This document shows, in pieces, positions 10,688 through 19,752 of a stretch of 64,000 bases of DNA. Source of the stretch: Spirochaetia bacterium (lineage in GTDB: Bacteria > Spirochaetota > Spirochaetia > SZUA-6 > Bin103); NCBI GenBank assembly GCA_965199955.1, contig CBDATQ010000002.1:1440001-1504000 (forward strand), in the 5' to 3' direction. A model generated the notes under the pieces. That model was not told where the DNA came from. It ran no database searches and saw nothing but the letters and a program-made list of their open reading frames with translations. Every line of letters starts with the position of its first letter. Within the stretch, counting starts at the first letter, position 1. Made by a program: the position numbers and the translations under genes.

Positions 10688-12418
10688 ATGTACATCGAGT
10701 CTGTCCCCAACCGCTCCTCTCCCCCTGCCATCCTGCTCCGCGAGTCCTACCGCGAGCACGGCAAGGTCAAGAAGCGCACGCTCGCGAACCTCTCCAAATG
10801 GCCCCCTGATCTGGTCGACGGCTTGCGCACCCTGCTCAAGGGCGGCCACGCCTTCGCCTCGGTCTCGGATGCGTTGCTGCTCACGCGCTCGCTGCCCCAC
10901 GGCCACGTCGCCGCCGTGCTGGGCATCCTCAAGCAGCTCGGACTCCATACCCTCATCGCCCGCAAGGCCAGCCGCTCGCGCGAGCTGATCATCGCCATGA
11001 TCACCGCCCGCGTCATCGACGCGCAGTCCAAACTGGCCACCGCCCGCGCGCTCTCACCGCCCAGCGCCGTGTCCACCCTGGGCGAGTCGCTGCGGTTGGG
11101 GGAGGTCGATGAGAACGAGCTCTACGAGGCGATGGACTGGTTGGTCGGGCGCCAGGCGGCGATCGAGGACCGCCTGGCCGAACAGCACCTCAGCGAGCAC
11201 ACGCTGGTGCTCTACGACGTGAGCTCGACCTACTTCGAGGGCAGCCACTGCGAGCTGGCGCAGTTGGGACACAGCCGTGACGGCAAGTCGGGCACGCTGC
11301 AGATCGTGTTCGGGCTGCTGTGCACCCAGGAAGGCTGTCCGGTGGCGGTGGAGGTATTCCCTGGCTCTACCGCCGACCCGAAGACGGTGAGCGCGCAGGT
11401 GGACAAGATCCGCACCCGCTTCGGGCTCACGCGGGTGGTGCTGGTCGGCGACCGCGGGATGCTGAGCGCGGCGAGGATCCGCGAGGACCTGCAAGAGGTG
11501 GAGGGGCTGCGCTGGATCACCACGCTGCGCGCGCCGACGATCCGCAAGCTGGTGGCCGCCGGCGAGGTGGCGCCGTCGTTGTTCGACGAGCGCGACCTGG
11601 CCGAGATCACCAGCGAGGAGTTTCCGGGCGAGCGGCTGATCGTGTGCCGCAACCCGTTGCTGGCCGACGAACGGGAGCGCAAGCGCCAGGAGCTGCTACA
11701 GGCCACCGAGCAGAAGCTGGCCCCGATCGCTCAGGCCACCCAGCGCGTCCATCAGCCGCTACGGGGCGAGGCCGAGATCGGCATGCGGGTCGGCAAGGTG
11801 ATCAATCACTACAAGGTGGGCAAGCACTTCGTGACCGAGATCACCTCCGAGTCGTTCAGCTTTCGGCGCGATGAGGCCAAGATCGCCGCCGAGCAGGCGC
11901 TGGACGGGCTGTACATCGTGCGCAGCAACGTGGAGCCGCAGGTGCTCGACGCGGCGCAGACGGTGCGCGCCTACAAGGGGCTGTCGAAGGTGGAGCGGGC
12001 GTTTCGGTGCATGAAGTCCGTGGACCTGAAGGTGCGCCCGATTCACCACCGGCGCGCCGATCGGGTGCGGGCGCACGTGCTGCTGTGCATGCTGGCCTAC
12101 TACGTGGAGTGGCACATGCGGCGCTCGTTGGCGCCGTTGCTGTTCGACGATCACGATCGACAGGGCGCCGAGCGCAAGCGGGTCTCCGAAGTGGCGCCGG
12201 CGCAGCGATCGGCGGCCGCGGCGGCCAAGGCGTCGAGCAAGCGCACCGAGGACGGGTTGCCGGTGCACAGCTTTCGCACGCTGATCACTGAACTGGGCAC
12301 GCTGACGGCGAACACGATGCAGGTTGCAGAGGGCGGCAGCACGTTCACGCTGCACACGCACCCGACGCCGGTTCAGCAGCGCTGTTTCGAGCTGCTTGGG
12401 GTCACGCCCCGCATGTAG
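10688..12418 (+). CDS. IS1634-family transposase
   Basis: MYIESVPNRSSPPAILLRESYR, LYDVSSTYFEG, GHSRDGK, VGDRGM, YKGLSKVERAFR and RVRAHVLLCMLAYYVEWHMR. Confidence 0.95.
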   Translation: MYIESVPNRSSPPAILLRESYREHGKVKKRTLANLSKWPPDLVDGLRTLLKGGHAFASVSDALLLTRSLPHGHVAAVLGILKQLGLHTLIARKASRSRELIIAMITARVIDAQSKLATARALSPPSAVSTLGESLRLGEVDENELYEAMDWLVGRQAAIEDRLAEQHLSEHTLVLYDVSSTYFEGSHCELAQLGHSRDGKSGTLQIVFGLLCTQEGCPVAVEVFPGSTADPKTVSAQVDKIRTRFGLTRVVLVGDRGMLSAARIREDLQEVEGLRWITTLRAPTIRKLVAAGEVAPSLFDERDLAEITSEEFPGERLIVCRNPLLADERERKRQELLQATEQKLAPIAQATQRVHQPLRGEAEIGMRVGKVINHYKVGKHFVTEITSESFSFRRDEAKIAAEQALDGLYIVRSNVEPQVLDAAQTVRAYKGLSKVERAFRCMKSVDLKVRPIHHRRADRVRAHVLLCMLAYYVEWHMRRSLAPLLFDDHDRQGAERKRVSEVAPAQRSAAAAAKASSKRTEDGLPVHSFRTLITELGTLTANTMQVAEGGSTFTLHTHPTPVQQRCFELLGVTPRM

Positions 12419-12593
12419 CCATGCACAGGAACCTGCACCATTGAGAAACTACCCTGACCACAAGGACTTCAGGCAATTTCGCTCCTGGAACTTCGGCTTA
12501 GCCGCTGTGCGAGCGATAGTTCGTCAGCCCGCCGCCTCGCAGTTGCCGGGGCGGCTGAGGGCCGGGTACAACACCCGGGCAGGAGTGATGCAG

Positions 12594-13298
12594 ATGAGTG
12601 CCGGTACGTCGGGCCTGCGCTACACGGCAGCGGTCGACAAGCGCTTCAAGAGCCCCGGTCCGCAGCCGAACGGCATCCAGGCGGCGGACGCCGGGCTGTG
12701 GTGCATCGATCAGGTCGATCTCAAGGTATACCTGCTGGACTGGGCTACCGGCGCGACGCTGCAGGAGTTCCAGACCGCCACCGAGCACTCCAGCGGTATC
12801 ACCCAGGACGGCGACGGCAACCTGTGGATCACCTCGACCTTTCAGCTCGAGGTGGTGAAGATCGATCCCCGGACCGGCGTGGAGCTGGCCCGCTATCCGG
12901 ATCCGGGGGCCGGCCTCACCGCACAGGCCGAGCAGGCCGGTGGCAACGGCAAGCGGACGGGGTCGCACGGCGTCGAATGGCGCGCCGGCAGGATCTACCT
13001 GGCGGCGCCGCCGACGCAGCGCCTGCACGTGATGGCCGCGGCCACCTGGGAGCCCGTGCGGACGTTGCCGCTGCCGGGCCTGCGCCCGCACGGGCTCGGC
13101 TGGAACCACGACGGCCGGCTGTGGGTGTCGGACACCTCCGCGGGAACCGTCCACGCCATGGACCCGGAGACAGGACGCATCCACGACGTGTTCCGCGTCG
13201 CCGAGCCGGCCGAGGTGCACGGCATGACGGTGCGCGACGGGCACGAGATCTGGTACTGCGACGCCGGCAAGCGCGACGTGGGCGTGCTGGTCAGGTGA
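12594..13298 (+). CDS. Beta-propeller protein (Vgb lyase/glutaminyl cyclase-like)
   Basis: AGGAG RBS. Repeats FKSPGPQPNGI, HSSGIT, GSHGVEW, RPHGLGW and EVHGMT. Confidence 0.7.
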   Translation: MSAGTSGLRYTAAVDKRFKSPGPQPNGIQAADAGLWCIDQVDLKVYLLDWATGATLQEFQTATEHSSGITQDGDGNLWITSTFQLEVVKIDPRTGVELARYPDPGAGLTAQAEQAGGNGKRTGSHGVEWRAGRIYLAAPPTQRLHVMAAATWEPVRTLPLPGLRPHGLGWNHDGRLWVSDTSAGTVHAMDPETGRIHDVFRVAEPAEVHGMTVRDGHEIWYCDAGKRDVGVLVR

Positions 13299-14160
13299 GC
13301 TCCGCTCCGCAGATCGAGGTTTCGCCCGCTCCCGAGTAGAGCAGATAGGTCCCGCCGGCTTCCCGGTAGATCGCAGGGTCGCGCAGCTCGTTGACCGGGT
13401 CATGCACGGCTCCGGATCTGGAGGGCCGCAGGGGCAGGTCGCTCCCCTCGTAGGGCAACTCGGGGCGCAGTACCTCGACCGCTTCGGAGGCATGCCAGCG
13501 GCGCCAGTCGCCATCCAGGCTCATGCTGGAGGCCACGATGCGCTCCGGGCAGTCGCCCACGCGGCTGTAGAACACCCGCAACGAGGCACCCTCCTTGACG
13601 ACCGCGGCGTGGCGCATCCTCGGGAGCACAGCCGGCCCGGGCTCGAACCGGTCACGCCCGTCGGGCGAACGCAGCAGAATCCCGCCGCCGCTCAGGTCGG
13701 GCACCCTGGCGATGGCGAACCAAGCCCCGTCGTGCTGGAACACCCGGAAGTACGACGGGCCGAAGGCGATGTGCTCGGCCTCGAAGCGCAGGCCGTCCGC
13801 CGACGACGCGCGGAAGGAGAGCTGCCCTGCCGGCGTCACGCCGTGAAAGTACAGGAGGATCCGGCGGTGTTCGTCGAGCACGTGAACGTCAGGGGAGGCG
13901 ATGTGATGCTGGCAGTCGGTCTGCTCCAGCCTCAGCACCCCTGGGCGGTATACCGTCCACGGCCCGTGCACGTCGTCGGCATACGCCATGCGAATGAAGG
14001 TCCCCTGATGGTGGGCGAAGTAGAGGTAGTAACGTCCCAGGGGATCGCTCACCCAATTGGGCACCCGAATCAGCGACGGCCCGTTGAGATTGGCTCCGAT
14101 GCGCGGGTCCATGCCGGCATGGAGGAGGGGATTCTCATCGAAGCGAGCGACGCGATACAT
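13291..14160 (-). CDS. Five-bladed beta-propeller glycoside-hydrolase-like protein
   Basis: NGPSLIRVPNWV.DPLGRYYLYFAHH.G, HIASPDV and ELRDPAIY motifs. Confidence 0.7.
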   Translation of the reverse strand: MYRVARFDENPLLHAGMDPRIGANLNGPSLIRVPNWVSDPLGRYYLYFAHHQGTFIRMAYADDVHGPWTVYRPGVLRLEQTDCQHHIASPDVHVLDEHRRILLYFHGVTPAGQLSFRASSADGLRFEAEHIAFGPSYFRVFQHDGAWFAIARVPDLSGGGILLRSPDGRDRFEPGPAVLPRMRHAAVVKEGASLRVFYSRVGDCPERIVASSMSLDGDWRRWHASEAVEVLRPELPYEGSDLPLRPSRSGAVHDPVNELRDPAIYREAGGTYLLYSGAGETSICGAELT

Positions 14161-14205
14161 CCGAGCGAGCAGGTGCTCAGGTGACTCTCAACGACAGGTC
14201 ACCGA

Positions 14206-15123
14206 TCATTCGTCTGAGAAGTAGTCGGCGTCGATTCTCTTCACCTCATAGGTGGCATCAGTGGTCACGCCAACCCCATGGTCGATCATGAACTCGGCGA
14301 GTCGGTCTCCACCGATCAGAATCACCTTGGTCTCGATATTTGATGCATATTGAGTGGCTTCCTTGGAGAAGGTGGAAGTTGTAATGAAGACGCCCTTTCG
14401 CGCCCGCTGTCCCTGCAATGCGCCTGCGAACTTCTGAACCTCCGGCCTGCTGACTACGCCTTCCCATCGTTTTGCCTGGATGTAGATGATATCCAGTCCC
14501 AAACGATCTTCCTTGATGATCCCGTCAATGCCTTCATCGCCCGATTTGCCGATGACTTCACCAGCTTCCTGAAGCGAGCCACCGTAGCCCATCCGTACGA
14601 GCAGGTCGACAACGAGTTTCTCGAAGAAACCTGCGGGTGAGTTCTTGACCGTATCCAGTATTTCCGCCGCGAGATTTGACCGAAGCGTCTGATATGCTTC
14701 CTGTATTGCTTCCTCCGGAGTGCTTGTTAGAGAGTCATAAGGCCGCACATTGCTGCCATTAGTCGATGATTCTTTCTCCGTTCTTGACGTTCGAAAATCA
14801 ACGAATTCTGGGAACTTATTAAGGAACTTGGTGTCGATCTTCGAGGGAGCGTCGGCGAGAACGTTGCGACCACGATCAGTGATACGGAAGTGAGCCCTCC
14901 TCGGCGACTCCAACAGCCCGGCCTTCCTGAGGTAAGTGGCAGCCCAACCGACGCGGTGTCGGAATCTCTGCTTTCCGCTCGGCAACGGCTCGTCCATTTC
15001 GTCCTGTGTCAGCGAGAAACGCAAAGCGAGAGGTTCGACCTCATCGCTTACTCGATGCTCCTGGCCGTCTTGTGCCAGCTCAAGCAGCGGCAACATGATG
15101 GATTGAAATTCGGGTATCGCCAC
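14206..15123 (-). CDS. mrr: Mrr type IV (methyl-directed) restriction endonuclease
   Basis: MAIPEFQSIMLPLL, RVGWAATYLRKAGLL, FFEKLVVDLLVRMGYGG and SGDEGIDG...YIQAKRW. AAGGAG RBS. Clearly lower GC than the flanks. Confidence 0.95.
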   Translation of the reverse strand: MAIPEFQSIMLPLLELAQDGQEHRVSDEVEPLALRFSLTQDEMDEPLPSGKQRFRHRVGWAATYLRKAGLLESPRRAHFRITDRGRNVLADAPSKIDTKFLNKFPEFVDFRTSRTEKESSTNGSNVRPYDSLTSTPEEAIQEAYQTLRSNLAAEILDTVKNSPAGFFEKLVVDLLVRMGYGGSLQEAGEVIGKSGDEGIDGIIKEDRLGLDIIYIQAKRWEGVVSRPEVQKFAGALQGQRARKGVFITTSTFSKEATQYASNIETKVILIGGDRLAEFMIDHGVGVTTDATYEVKRIDADYFSDE

Positions 15124-15244
15124 AAGAACTCCTTAGTACTCGTACAGATGGGTCGATAGCGTCGTTACTGGTGCCAATGTTCTCGGGTGGTCAGCACGAT
15201 GGGATCAGCCCCTCGTGTTCCTGATCGAGGCGAGGCTTCCCTCT

Positions 15245-16189
15245 TCAAGAGACCCGCACCAGCTTGCGGAAGCTGCGGACCTCGTGCGGCGGGGTGAGCC
15301 TTCTGCCGTACGCGGCCCAGGAGACTTCGCCGACGTAGATGTCTCCGTGCGAGTCGACCGCCAGCCCGTGCGGGGCGATGAACTGGCCCGGTCCCTCGCC
15401 GAGCCGGACGTCGCCGAGGCGCGCCAGCCGTCGTCCGGTGAGGTCGTGGACGCTCACGCAGCAGCCCAGGTTGGGGTAGTCGGCATTGACCGTCAGCTCG
15501 GTGACGATCTGGCCGATGTAGACATGGTCGCCGGCAATGTGCAGCCCACACGGGCGGTGGAGGTCGTTCCACTGGTCCAGGTAGGCGCCCCGGTTGTCGA
15601 AGATCTGCACGCGGTGGCTCTCGCGGTCGGCGACGTAGACGGTGCCGTCGCCGTCGGTGCAGACGCTGTGCGGGAGGTTGAACTGGCCGGGGTCGGTGCC
15701 GTGCTCGCCCCAGGAGAACAGGTGCTCGCCGTCGACGGTGAACTTGTGCACACGGGCGTTGCCGTAGCCGTCCGAGATGTAGAGGTCGCCGCTCGCGGGA
15801 TCGAACGCCACCTTGGTCGGGCGGTTGAACGGCTGGCCGCCGTGCAGCGGCGCGGGCTGGTCCCGCGTGCCGTAGGTCGCAAGCAACTCGCCGCCGGGCG
15901 TGCAGCGCCGGACGCAGTGCCCGTCGTCGTCGACGCAGTAGAGCGTGCCGTCGGGGCCGATGGTGAGCCCGTGCGCGCGGGTGAACAGATCATCGCCCCA
16001 CGAGGTGACGAACGTGCCGTCCCGCTCGAAGACCATCATCGGATGGTCGCTGCGGTTGAAGACGTAGACGCGGTCGTCCTCATCCACGGCCACGTCGGCC
16101 ACCTCCAGGAAGCTCCAGCCGGCGGGCAGGTGCGCCCAGTCGTCGATCTCCTCGTACCGGTAGTCGCCGTCACCAAGCATGGTCTTCAT
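15245..16189 (-). CDS. NHL-repeat peptidyl-alpha-hydroxyglycine alpha-amidating lyase (PAL)-like protein
   Basis: RAHGL, SDGYGNARVHKF, FNLPHSV, VADRESHRVQIF and FIAPHGLAVD. Confidence 0.85.
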   Translation of the reverse strand: MKTMLGDGDYRYEEIDDWAHLPAGWSFLEVADVAVDEDDRVYVFNRSDHPMMVFERDGTFVTSWGDDLFTRAHGLTIGPDGTLYCVDDDGHCVRRCTPGGELLATYGTRDQPAPLHGGQPFNRPTKVAFDPASGDLYISDGYGNARVHKFTVDGEHLFSWGEHGTDPGQFNLPHSVCTDGDGTVYVADRESHRVQIFDNRGAYLDQWNDLHRPCGLHIAGDHVYIGQIVTELTVNADYPNLGCCVSVHDLTGRRLARLGDVRLGEGPGQFIAPHGLAVDSHGDIYVGEVSWAAYGRRLTPPHEVRSFRKLVRVS

Positions 16190-16224
16190 GTCTCACCTTC
16201 CGTCATCGTGTGTCGTGTTCCCGT

Positions 16225-17223
16225 TCAGCCGGGATACCAGATCCGGCGCGGATCGTCGTCTGCGCGGCGATAGTCCCACGCCTCGTCGATCAACCGTGGC
16301 AGGTCGTAGCGCGGCCGCCAGCCCAGCAGGAATTTCGCTTTGGTGTTGTCCAGCCAGGTGCCGTGAAACTCGGTGGGCACCTCGACGCTTGGCAGCCCCC
16401 GCGTCGCCCGCAGATGGCGCGCCACCTCGCGGTAATCGACCGGCTCGTCCATGCAGATGTTGAAGAGCTGCTGCCGCGCCGCCGGGTGGTCCAGCGCGGT
16501 GACGATCGCCGTCACCAGGTCGTCGACGTGGACGAAGTTGCGCAGCACCGGCCGGCCCTGCGGGTCGAGCATCACCGGCACCGTCCCTGCCGCCCGGTAT
16601 GCCTCCGCCTTCTCCGTCCCTACCAGGTCGCGCCACCGCGGGCCGCCGAACACGTCCTCGCCGAACGACAGCGAGCAGCGGAAGTCGTCCTTCTCCATGA
16701 TCCACGGGGCGCGCAGGCAGCAGCCGTCCAGGTCGTACTGGATGTAGTACTGCTCGAGCATCGCCTCCTCCAGCACCTTGGACAGCGCGTAGCAGCCGGC
16801 GTAGGCGGAGTGCTTCTGCGTTTCGGTCACCGGTACCGGATGGGGATAGACGAAGTGGCCGACGCCGGCGTCCCCGCCGATCAGGACGAAGCGTTCGAAA
16901 TCCGGCGACTGCCGGCACTCCTCCAGCAGCCAGAACAGGCCCTTGACCGTGACGTCGATGACGTCGTCCGGCGTCTCCTTGCAGGAGGCCAGGTGGAGCA
17001 CGTGCGTGACGCCTTCCGCCGCCCGCGCCACGTCGGCCCGCTCGGCCATCGAGCCGCGCACCACCTCCAGCCGCTCGCCGGCCGCGAGCTGCCGGTTGTG
17101 GCACAGCGCGCGCAGGCGGGCGCCGGCCCATGCCGGTTCCGCCAGGAAGCGGGCGATGAAGTGCTGCCCGACCTTGCCGCTGGCCCCGGTGACCAGGACG
17201 ATCTTCTCCGACCGGTCCGCCAC
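16225..17223 (-). CDS. NAD-dependent epimerase/dehydratase (extended SDR)
   Basis: VTGASGKVG, YALSK and RNFVHVDDL. Confidence 0.88.
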   Translation of the reverse strand: MADRSEKIVLVTGASGKVGQHFIARFLAEPAWAGARLRALCHNRQLAAGERLEVVRGSMAERADVARAAEGVTHVLHLASCKETPDDVIDVTVKGLFWLLEECRQSPDFERFVLIGGDAGVGHFVYPHPVPVTETQKHSAYAGCYALSKVLEEAMLEQYYIQYDLDGCCLRAPWIMEKDDFRCSLSFGEDVFGGPRWRDLVGTEKAEAYRAAGTVPVMLDPQGRPVLRNFVHVDDLVTAIVTALDHPAARQQLFNICMDEPVDYREVARHLRATRGLPSVEVPTEFHGTWLDNTKAKFLLGWRPRYDLPRLIDEAWDYRRADDDPRRIWYPG

Positions 17224-17224
17224 G

Positions 17225-18028
17225 CTACTCGTCCTTCAGGCGCAGCAGCATGCTCCCCTGGTTGCCCTCGTCGAAACGCCGCTTCAGCGCCCGCCGGTCG
17301 AAGAACTGGCTGGAGTCGTAGACGTGCCGGAAGCGGCCGCCGCGGTCGAACCCCTGCCGGAGCGCCTCCCGGTTGACCTCCTCCACGGTGCCGTACGCCG
17401 GCCAGAGGATGCCGTGCTGGCAGTAGGAGACGTCGATGAAGTAGCGCCCGCGCTGCTGGCCGCCCGGCTTGGCGCGCCGCGCGTGCCAGACCGCCGAGTG
17501 GACGATCACCGCTGACCCCGGCGGCAGGCAGTCGACGCAGACCGAGCCCGGAAGGCTTTTGGTGCCGAACAGGGCGAGGCTCCCCTCCACCACGGTGTTC
17601 TGCGAGCCCGGCAGCACCAGCAGGTCGCCGACCTCGCCGTTGAGGCCGTTCAGATAGTAGAAGACGTGCACCATCACGTGCGAGCGGTTGGTCTGCGGCT
17701 CCTGCTCGTAGTCCTGGTGCCAGTGGACGCCGCGTTCGCCGGGATCGTGCCGGTTCGAGTGGATGTGGTGCATGGCGAAGCGCGGGCCCATCAGCGTTTC
17801 GACCATGGCCATCATCGGCGGATGCGAGGTGAGCAGCCCCATCTCGCGGTAGGAGGTCAGCAGCGGCTTCGCCCCGCCGGCGCGGTCGGCCATCAGCTCG
17901 TCGACCTCCGCGATCAGGCGGTCGTTGTACGCGGGCTCCAGGAAGCTCTCCAGGATCACGTACCCGTCGCGCTCGAAGTCCTCCGTCTGCTGCGCCGCCA
18001 GGCCGGCGGCGCCCGGTTCGGTGCTCAT
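17225..18028 (-). CDS. Phytanoyl-CoA dioxygenase (PhyH)-family Fe/2OG enzyme
   Basis: FERDGYVIL, WHQD (HxD), LLVLPGSQ and VWHAR. ATGA overlap with the upstream gene. Confidence 0.88.
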   Translation of the reverse strand: MSTEPGAAGLAAQQTEDFERDGYVILESFLEPAYNDRLIAEVDELMADRAGGAKPLLTSYREMGLLTSHPPMMAMVETLMGPRFAMHHIHSNRHDPGERGVHWHQDYEQEPQTNRSHVMVHVFYYLNGLNGEVGDLLVLPGSQNTVVEGSLALFGTKSLPGSVCVDCLPPGSAVIVHSAVWHARRAKPGGQQRGRYFIDVSYCQHGILWPAYGTVEEVNREALRQGFDRGGRFRHVYDSSQFFDRRALKRRFDEGNQGSMLLRLKDE

Positions 18029-19140
18029 CGCTTCCCCTCCGCCGTCACGGCCGCGTGCCGCCGCGTCCACGCGGACAGCATCTCCGGATCCGGCTCCGGC
18101 AGGTCGGTCCCGAACGGACGGAATGTGTGCGGCCCGTCGTACTCCAGCGGCGGCGCGGCCAGGTCACGCGTATAGAAACGGGACGACGGAAACAGGTCGC
18201 CGGGGTAGGTGACGTTGTCGAGGGTGGCCAGCTCGACGCAGACGGCGCCGCCCACGGAGCTCTCCAGCATGCCGCCGATCCAGACCGGAATGCCGGCATC
18301 GCGCGCCATATCGTGGATTGCCAGCGAGTTGGCAATCCCGCCCACGCGCGCCGGCTTGATGTTGATGTAGCGGCAGGCGCCGATGCGGATCGCCTGCTCG
18401 GCGGTGCGCGGGTCGACGATGGTCTCGTCCAGGCAGATCGGCGTGCCGATCCGCCTGGCAAGCTCGGCGTGGTCGAGGATGTCGGTGTGGTGCAGTGGCT
18501 GCTCGATGAACGCCAGCCCCAGGCCGTCGATCGCCTGGAAGAAGGGCAGGTCGTCGAGCGTGTAGCCGGAGTTGCAGTCGATGTGGAACGTCATGTCCGG
18601 AAAGGCCGAGGTGACCTCGCGGAGCATCTCCAGGTCCCACCCCCTGGCGACCTTGAGCTTGATACGCGGGAAGCCGGCGTCGACCGCCTGCGAGATGTTG
18701 CCGAGCAGCATCTCGATCGAGTCCTGGATGCCGAAGTCGGCGCCGGCGACCACGTCCCGCGTGGCGCCTCCCAGCAGCCGGTGCAGCGGCGTGCCGGTGA
18801 TGCGGCTCTGCAGCGTCCACCAGCCGACCTCGATCGCGGCCTTGGCGAACGAGTTGCCCTTGAAGGGGCTCAGCCTCTCGTTGATGTCCGCGGCCGTCTC
18901 GTACTCGCGGCCGACCACGTGCGGCCCGAACACCTCGGTGACGTGGTAGAAGACCGAGCCGGCGGACTCGCTCAGGTAGTGCGGGGCGAAGAACGGCGTG
19001 CTCTCCGCCCATGCGGTGTGCTCGCCGCTCGTGAGCTTCACCAGCACGGAGTGGATGTCGGCGTCCTCGCCGTAGGCGGTCCGCCACGGGTAGATGAGCG
19101 GCATCACGACGTAGTGTACGTCCAGTCGGTCGATACGCAT
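18025..19140 (-). CDS. menC: o-Succinylbenzoate synthase / N-acylamino acid racemase (enolase superfamily)
   Basis: RIKLK, HIDCN, FIEQP, CLDET, INIKPARVGG, WIGGMLES and YPGDLFPSSRFY, typical of the NAAAR/OSBS subfamily. Confidence 0.85.
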   Translation of the reverse strand: MRIDRLDVHYVVMPLIYPWRTAYGEDADIHSVLVKLTSGEHTAWAESTPFFAPHYLSESAGSVFYHVTEVFGPHVVGREYETAADINERLSPFKGNSFAKAAIEVGWWTLQSRITGTPLHRLLGGATRDVVAGADFGIQDSIEMLLGNISQAVDAGFPRIKLKVARGWDLEMLREVTSAFPDMTFHIDCNSGYTLDDLPFFQAIDGLGLAFIEQPLHHTDILDHAELARRIGTPICLDETIVDPRTAEQAIRIGACRYINIKPARVGGIANSLAIHDMARDAGIPVWIGGMLESSVGGAVCVELATLDNVTYPGDLFPSSRFYTRDLAAPPLEYDGPHTFRPFGTDLPEPDPEMLSAWTRRHAAVTAEGKR

Positions 19141-19417
19141 CGTGGGGCGGACGATACCCGATCTCGCCTGCGAGAATGAAGCGCCGCAAGGCCACAGGGC
19201 ACTAAGCAATGGTAAACGTACCCTCTTCTGGAGCATTGACACGCCGACTCCTCACAGAACCCGAAGCCGCCACCGAGCTCGAAGAGGCTTCATGTGATCG
19301 CGTTTGCGCACGACAGCCGATCACCCGGCTATTGGCGTGCTCGCATCCGCGAATGGCCGACTTGAAGGTCACGAACGGATCGCCCGCACGCGCATTCGGG
19401 GCTATAGTCGCCTATCC

Positions 19418-19565
19418 GTGACACGGGAGGAGGCGCTTCGCTTTCGGACGTTCGGCTTCCTGCACTACCCGCAGATGCTTTCGTCACCGGAGATCGATGC
19501 GCTTTCCGACGCCTTCGACGCCGCCATGGCGAAGGCTGAGCGCCGCCGGCCGACGCCATCCGGCG
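19418..19565 (+). pseudogene. N-terminal fragment of a PhyH-family gene
   Basis: VTREEALRFRTFGFLHYPQMLSSPEIDALSDAFDAAM, after which homology is lost. Confidence 0.6.
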
Positions 19566-19571
19566 CACGGC

Positions 19572-19661
19572 AGCACATGATAAGTCCAGAGAAACCTGAC
19601 CACGGAGCAAACGCTTTCGAATGAACGCTGCCGGATTATCGGGCAGCGTTCGCCCCGCCAT
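19572..19661 (-). pseudogene. N-terminal fragment of a DUF4258-type (TA-associated) gene
   Basis: MAGRTLPDNPAAFIRKRLLRGQV, then after a +1 shift LWTYHV, then truncated. Confidence 0.5.
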
Positions 19662-19752
19662 GCCTCCAGTTTACGCCATGGACCGGCGAATCCGTTTCCG
19701 GTGGCACGCTGAACACCGGCTCGGTTACCGGTACACTGATGGAGGGGATGCA

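Larger units (their letters stand above)
10500..12501 (+). mobile_element. IS1634-family insertion sequence
   Basis: Terminal inverted repeats ctaacccgaagttccag-agcg (from 10500) and ctaagccgaagttccaggagcg (reverse complement, ending 12501) flank a DDE transposase. No matching target duplication. Confidence 0.9.

Noticed and set aside
19209..19421. 70-aa ORF in the lower-GC gap upstream of menC
   Set aside because: No RBS or recognisable motif. Probably debris.
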